A DNA stretch of 64,000 nt. Origin: Octopus sinensis. Its lineage: Eukaryota. Positions 59,874 to 64,000 of the stretch are shown one piece after another; the stretch's first letter is position 1, and each line of letters starts with the position of its first letter. The DNA is taken from NCBI RefSeq assembly GCF_006345805.1, contig NW_021832854.1, forward strand, positions 1-64,000, in the 5' to 3' direction. The notes beneath the pieces are model-generated. The model did not search any database and was not told the origin of the DNA. It was given only the letters and a program-made list of their open reading frames with translations. The translations under genes and the position numbers were made by a program.

Positions 59874-60260
59874 CTAGCAGTATCGCCCGGCGTTGCTCGG
59901 GTTTGTAAGGGAAATAACTATAAAGCATTTTTAGAGAGTTATAGCCAAAAAAATAGCAAAAAAATGGGGAAAAAAATGATGGTAAATTTTTTTTTGATAG
60001 TTAAAAAGGTCGAGTTGCGTCCGCTAGACCATCTGTGGTTTGTGTTTCTGATTGTCGACCCCATGTCGAATTTATCGATCTTTTTCAGAACTGGGGGAAC
60101 TTTTCAAAATTTTCGCTGCGTTAGTTTTGAATTATGATATTGGGCTATGTGTGTGTCAAGTTTCATCAGAATCGGTTGAAAGCCGTGGTCAGGGTGAGGG
60201 TACAACCAAACAGACACACAGAAACACACACAGACAAACTGCCGTTTATATAGAGAGAGA
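59874..60260 (-). mobile_element. Non-autonomous Helitron A
   Basis: The minus strand begins A|TCTCTCTC and ends cccgagcaacgccggg (hairpin)-cgatactgCTAG|T. Confidence 0.8.
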
Positions 60261-60273
60261 TATATATACATAC

Positions 60274-60533
60274 ATAAGACAGTAAGGTGTGATTTGAGGG
60301 AGATTTGGCTGCTATTTCTACCATGTCTAGCTGCCATGTAGGGGTCTCCCCCATAGGCTCATATATACATAGATAAGACAGTAAGGTGTGATTTGGGGGA
60401 AATTTGGCTGCTATTTCTACCAGGTCTAGCTACCATGTAGAGGTCCCCCCTCATTGGCTCATATATATATATACATACATAAGACAGTAAGGTGTGATTT
60501 GAGGGAGATTTGGCTGCTGTTTCTACCAGGTCT
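60274..60533. repeat. Tandem repeat of a ~99-106-bp unit, 2.5 copies
   Basis: ataagacagtaaggtgtgatttg(a/g)gg(g/a)...tttggctgct starts at 60274, 60373 and 60479. Confidence 0.9.
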
Positions 60534-60599
60534 GTTAGGCCTTCTCATGTAAACTCAAGCTTTCTCATGCCTTGAACATAAGACCAAAGCAGAGAATGT

Positions 60600-60840
60600 A
60601 TTCTTTTATTCTTCTGCTTTTTCCAGCCATTGGTCTGTGGCCATGCTGGGGCAATGCCTTGAAGAATTGTAGTTTAATGAATCAACTCCAGTTTTATTTT
60701 TGTAAGCATTGTACTTATTCTATCTGTTTCCTTTGTCAAACCACTAGGTGACAGGGATGTAAACAAACCAACATTCGTTGTCAAGCAGTGATGGAGGACA
60801 ATCACAAGCACAGACACGCACACACACACACACACATACA
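60600..60840 (-). mobile_element. SINE body fragment
   Basis: gtggccatgctgggg...gtacttattctatc...gtaaacaaaccaaca..gttgtcaagc, homologous to 40675-40830. Confidence 0.65.
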
Positions 60841-60902
60841 TGCATACACATATACACACATACATACATACATACATATATATATATGTGTGTATATATA
60901 TA

Positions 60903-61161
60903 TTGCAGCGTGGAAGGTGTTTGTAAGCCATTTAAGAAACACACAAAAACCGTTAGATTCACTTCAACATTTAAATTTAATTTGCCAAAATATTTTCCTC
61001 GCTTTGAGACCGCGACCTGTTCACTGACAAAAATATCGTGCTAACAGGTCGCGGTCTCAAAGCAACGAAAATATTTTGACAAATTAAATTTAAATGTTGA
61101 AGTGAATCTAATGGTTTTTGTGTGTTTCTTAAATGGCTTATGAACACCTTCAACGCTGCAA
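60903..61161. repeat. Inverted repeat (119-bp arms, 21-nt spacer), probably an inverted PLE terminal repeat
   Basis: ttgcagcg...gcgacctgtt pairs with aacaggtcgc...cgctgcaa with few mismatches and carries a hammerhead-like fold. Confidence 0.9.
60981..61031 (-). ncRNA. Hammerhead-like motif with a G3-C8 swapped core
   Basis: TTTGTCA-GTGAACA-G-GTCGC ggtctcaaa GCGAG-GAA-AATATT-T-TGGCAAA. The two-arm consensus restores GCGAC and TGACAAA, giving perfect stems I and II. Confidence 0.45.
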
Positions 61162-61325
61162 CTGTTTTCGTTCCAGCACACGATCTCAGATCAAGTCACT
61201 TGCTATGCAAGTACATCTCTGTAACTATATATATATTTATATATATATATATATATGTATATTGGTAAAAACAGTTAGATAACAAAAGAAAGAAAGAGAC
61301 CTCAATATTATGTAAATAGAGGAAA

Positions 61326-61721
61326 TCTTTATATATAAAAGTGAGGTTGTGTGTCTGTCTCCTACGATTTAGATTCCTAACTACTCCCACATTTTGCGGT
61401 GCAGTTTAACCAAAACCGGGTATCTTATAGTCGTGATTCATATCGAGACCGTCTGGGTATTAGCGCGCGTCTACGATGAGTCTACGATTTAAGAAAAAAA
61501 TTTACCATCAATTTTTCCCATTTTTAATCCATTTTTGACATATATAAGGGAAGTAACTCTCTAAAATTTATTATTATATCTCAGAACGTAAAAAGCTACA
61601 GTAACACCCCTCCCCCTTTGTGGTTAGCCATATTGAGATGGCTATTATACTTTACATCTCTAAAAATGCTTATATAATTATTTCCCTTACAAACCCGAGC
61701 AACGCCGGGCGATACTGCTAG
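61326..61721 (+). mobile_element. Non-autonomous Helitron B
   Basis: A|TCTTTATATATAAAA...cccgagcaacgccggg-cgatactgCTAG|T: canonical TC and CTAG ends, subterminal hairpin and an A/T target. Confidence 0.85.
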
Positions 61722-61905
61722 TTTTCATATAAATCAAGGGTAAACCACTTTTTACCCCCACCCATATAGAATACTCAATTGCGAGTTCGCCATGCAATAA
61801 CTAGCACTTGAGTATATATAATTGGGTATACTACCAGCAGTATATTGGATAGGTACTATCCCTTAGTTGGTTTCTCAACCTCTAGCCCATACAAAAATAA
61901 ATAAA

Positions 61906-61950
<45 letters not shown>

Positions 61951-62649
61951 ATACAAAAATGGGACAAGAACGCAAAACATCCAGACAGGTGATACAAAAA
62001 CGGGACAACACATCCAAACAGATGATACAAAGAATACAAGGATGGGTCATTCGGAGTTTTCTATCCTCAGTTGAGTTCAGATTATCTTTGCAATTTCGGC
62101 TGGTTATACTCGAGATTGCTCCAATCTGGCCAGCCCCAAAGAAAAACTAAGCTAAGAGCATTAGATTCCTTGGAAGAAAGCAGCAAATGTATATGAAAAC
62201 GAGGGTGGAAAAAAAAAAGAGAAATGTTACATAAATACAAATGCAATTAATAGGACATAATAACAGGTGTCTTTCAACTAAGGACAAATCAAATTTAGCT
62301 GGCCTGTGTGAAAGTAAACTCTTATGGCAGGGATATAAGATTTAACAGGCACAGGGAGGAATATACATGTTGCACAGATGGTAGTCGAACCAAGAAAGAA
62401 AGGCCAGGCCTGGCCGAACACCGGTCACTTGGGGAGAGAAGAGAGAGAAGTAGAGGCAGAGAAATAGAAGAATTAAGAATTGATTTTTTTCTGATGGTAA
62501 GGTATTGCATGGAAAACTAACGTCATAATTAAGTTTCTTAGGGTAACATTAAGCTTCACCATGAGATTGGTGAAAATCCATACATACACCTATATGTAAG
62601 TTGCGAAAACTACAACAGAAAATGTGTTGCATATAAAAAGCTTAGATTC

Positions 62650-62800
62650 TCGACCCCATGTCGAATTTATCGATTTCTTTCAGAACTGGGGGAATTTTTC
62701 AAAAGTTTCGCTGTGTTAGTTTTAAATTATGACATTGGGCTATGTGTGTGTTAAGTTTTATCAGAATCGGTTGAAAGCCGTGGTCAGGGTGAGGGTACAA
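62650..62800 (-). mobile_element. Internal fragment of Helitron A family
   Basis: tcgaccccatgtcgaatttatcgat...gtggtcagggtgagggtacaacc, closely matching 60055-60208. Confidence 0.8.
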
Positions 62801-63034
62801 CCTGATTCAGTTTTACTGTGTGCCACCTTGCACATGTCTTCTGCTACAACTCCAGACTGACCAAAAGCCTTCTAAGTAGATTTAGTAGATGGGAAGTGAA
62901 ATAAGTCTGTCAGATATGTGTGTTACTGTTTCTTTGCCTTGACATTGTGTGAAACTTGTAAGTTAGTGTCACTGTCATACAAGCTGTGTGCATACATATA
63001 TGCACCCATACACACACACACACACACACACACA

Positions 63035-63275
63035 TAGGTGCAGGTGTGGCTGTGTGGTAACAAACTTGGTTCCAAAACACATGGTCCTGAGTTCAGTCCC
63101 ACTGTGTGGTAACTTGACATGTGTCTTCTGCTATAGCCTCAGACCAACCAAAGCCTTGTCAGTGGATTTTGTAGACATGTTTCATGTAAATATGTCTGGT
63201 CATGGGAAAATATTAACTTACTTAGAAACAGATAAAGGTTGGTAAAAGGAAGGTCATCCAGACATAGAAAATCTG
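63035..63275 (+). mobile_element. tRNA-derived SINE with RTE-like tail remnant
   Basis: ggtgcaggtgTGGCTGTGTGGTaa...gagttcagtccc...gtggatttt..., then aggaaggtcatccagacatagaaa. Confidence 0.7.
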
Positions 63276-63681
63276 TACATACATACATATATGTGTGTGT
63301 ATATTTATATATATAAAACTGAGAATGTGTGTCTGTCTGTGTGAATCCCTAAAACTTGAGAACTACACAACCAATTTCATTTAAATTTTACACATGCCTT
63401 ACTTAGGGTCCATGTAGTGTCATGGGCAAAAACATTTCTTAACTTTTTGCCTAGTGCGAGCCCACAGCAATATCATATCTTCTCCACTATTTCAGTATTA
63501 TATGTCAAAAGTGAAACAAAAACATCTCTCTTTTGTAATGTCACATGCTTTCACTTTAATACTGAAGCTAATAAAGTGAAACTATTATATAACAGGGATG
63601 AACTGTAACTGAACATGCTAGAAGATTCGCTATGGTCTTATATGCTACACCACTGGTTTTAAATTCATATTAATCAAATTA

Positions 63682-63737
63682 ATCAAATCAATATTCAATT
63701 TTTCACCCTTATTATTTTGAGTTTTAATTTACATATA

Positions 63738-63792
<55 letters not shown>

Positions 63793-63793
63793 C

Positions 63794-63854
<61 letters not shown>

Positions 63855-63869
63855 CATGTGTATATATAT
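63682..63869. repeat. Compound (TA)n/TACA microsatellite; similar tracts at 19415-19480, 40520-40555, 40846-40931, 41096-41142, 61911-61944
   Basis: Directly visible dinucleotide arrays. Confidence 0.95.
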
Positions 63870-64000
63870 GGACAGACGGGCCGCCGGTTGTCCGACCGAT
63901 TCACAGAACATTTGAGGGACGTTCGCCTACACTCTTTTTCTCCCGTCGCACGCCACTTCCGCTCGGTCAGCCATTCCCTAGATGACATCTCAGTGTTTGG
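63870..64000 (+). pseudogene. Penelope-like GIY-YIG endonuclease fragment (second family), 5'-truncated at (TA)n, running off the window
   Basis: [44 protein letters not shown] matches the PLE EN motif YIG.TGR.L..RF.EH......SPVA.HF...H. The frame is open and CpG-rich. Confidence 0.85.

Noticed and set aside
59874-61721. Single TIR transposon with CTAGCAGTATCG termini
   Set aside because: Each end is the hairpin-CTAG 3' terminus of a separate Helitron with its own TC 5' end, and there is no TSD.
62035-62080. Possible fourth hammerhead (minus strand CTGAGGA...GAAT) in a PLE-like repeat at about 61930-62560
   Set aside because: GAAA is mutated and the stems are ambiguous; neither the ribozyme nor the PLE call can be supported without a consensus.

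Overview
AT-rich, microsatellite-dense animal genomic DNA that is almost entirely transposable-element debris. The SINE families, RTE tails and (TA)n/(CA)n load resemble octopus/cephalopod DNA; this is an inference from recognition, not a database result. I could not identify any intact host gene, rRNA, true tRNA or CRISPR array, and nearly all short ORFs in the track are spurious. Supportable content: Penelope-like (PLE) fragments with GIY-YIG endonuclease at both window ends; three PLE-type hammerhead ribozyme motifs, one with a swapped G3-C8 core pair; two copies of a CR1-group LINE; several RTE LINE pieces; a near full-length decayed L1/Tx1 LINE; a complete Buster-type hAT with TIRs, a perfect 8-bp TSD and one frameshift; Tip100-like hAT, mariner, maT (DD37D) and pogo remnants; non-autonomous Helitron/Helentron elements; tRNA-derived SINEs; and several recent fold-back or tandem rearrangements. 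A few weak plus-strand exon candidates hint at a large-intron host gene. Coordinates and mismatch counts were read by eye and may be off by a few bases.
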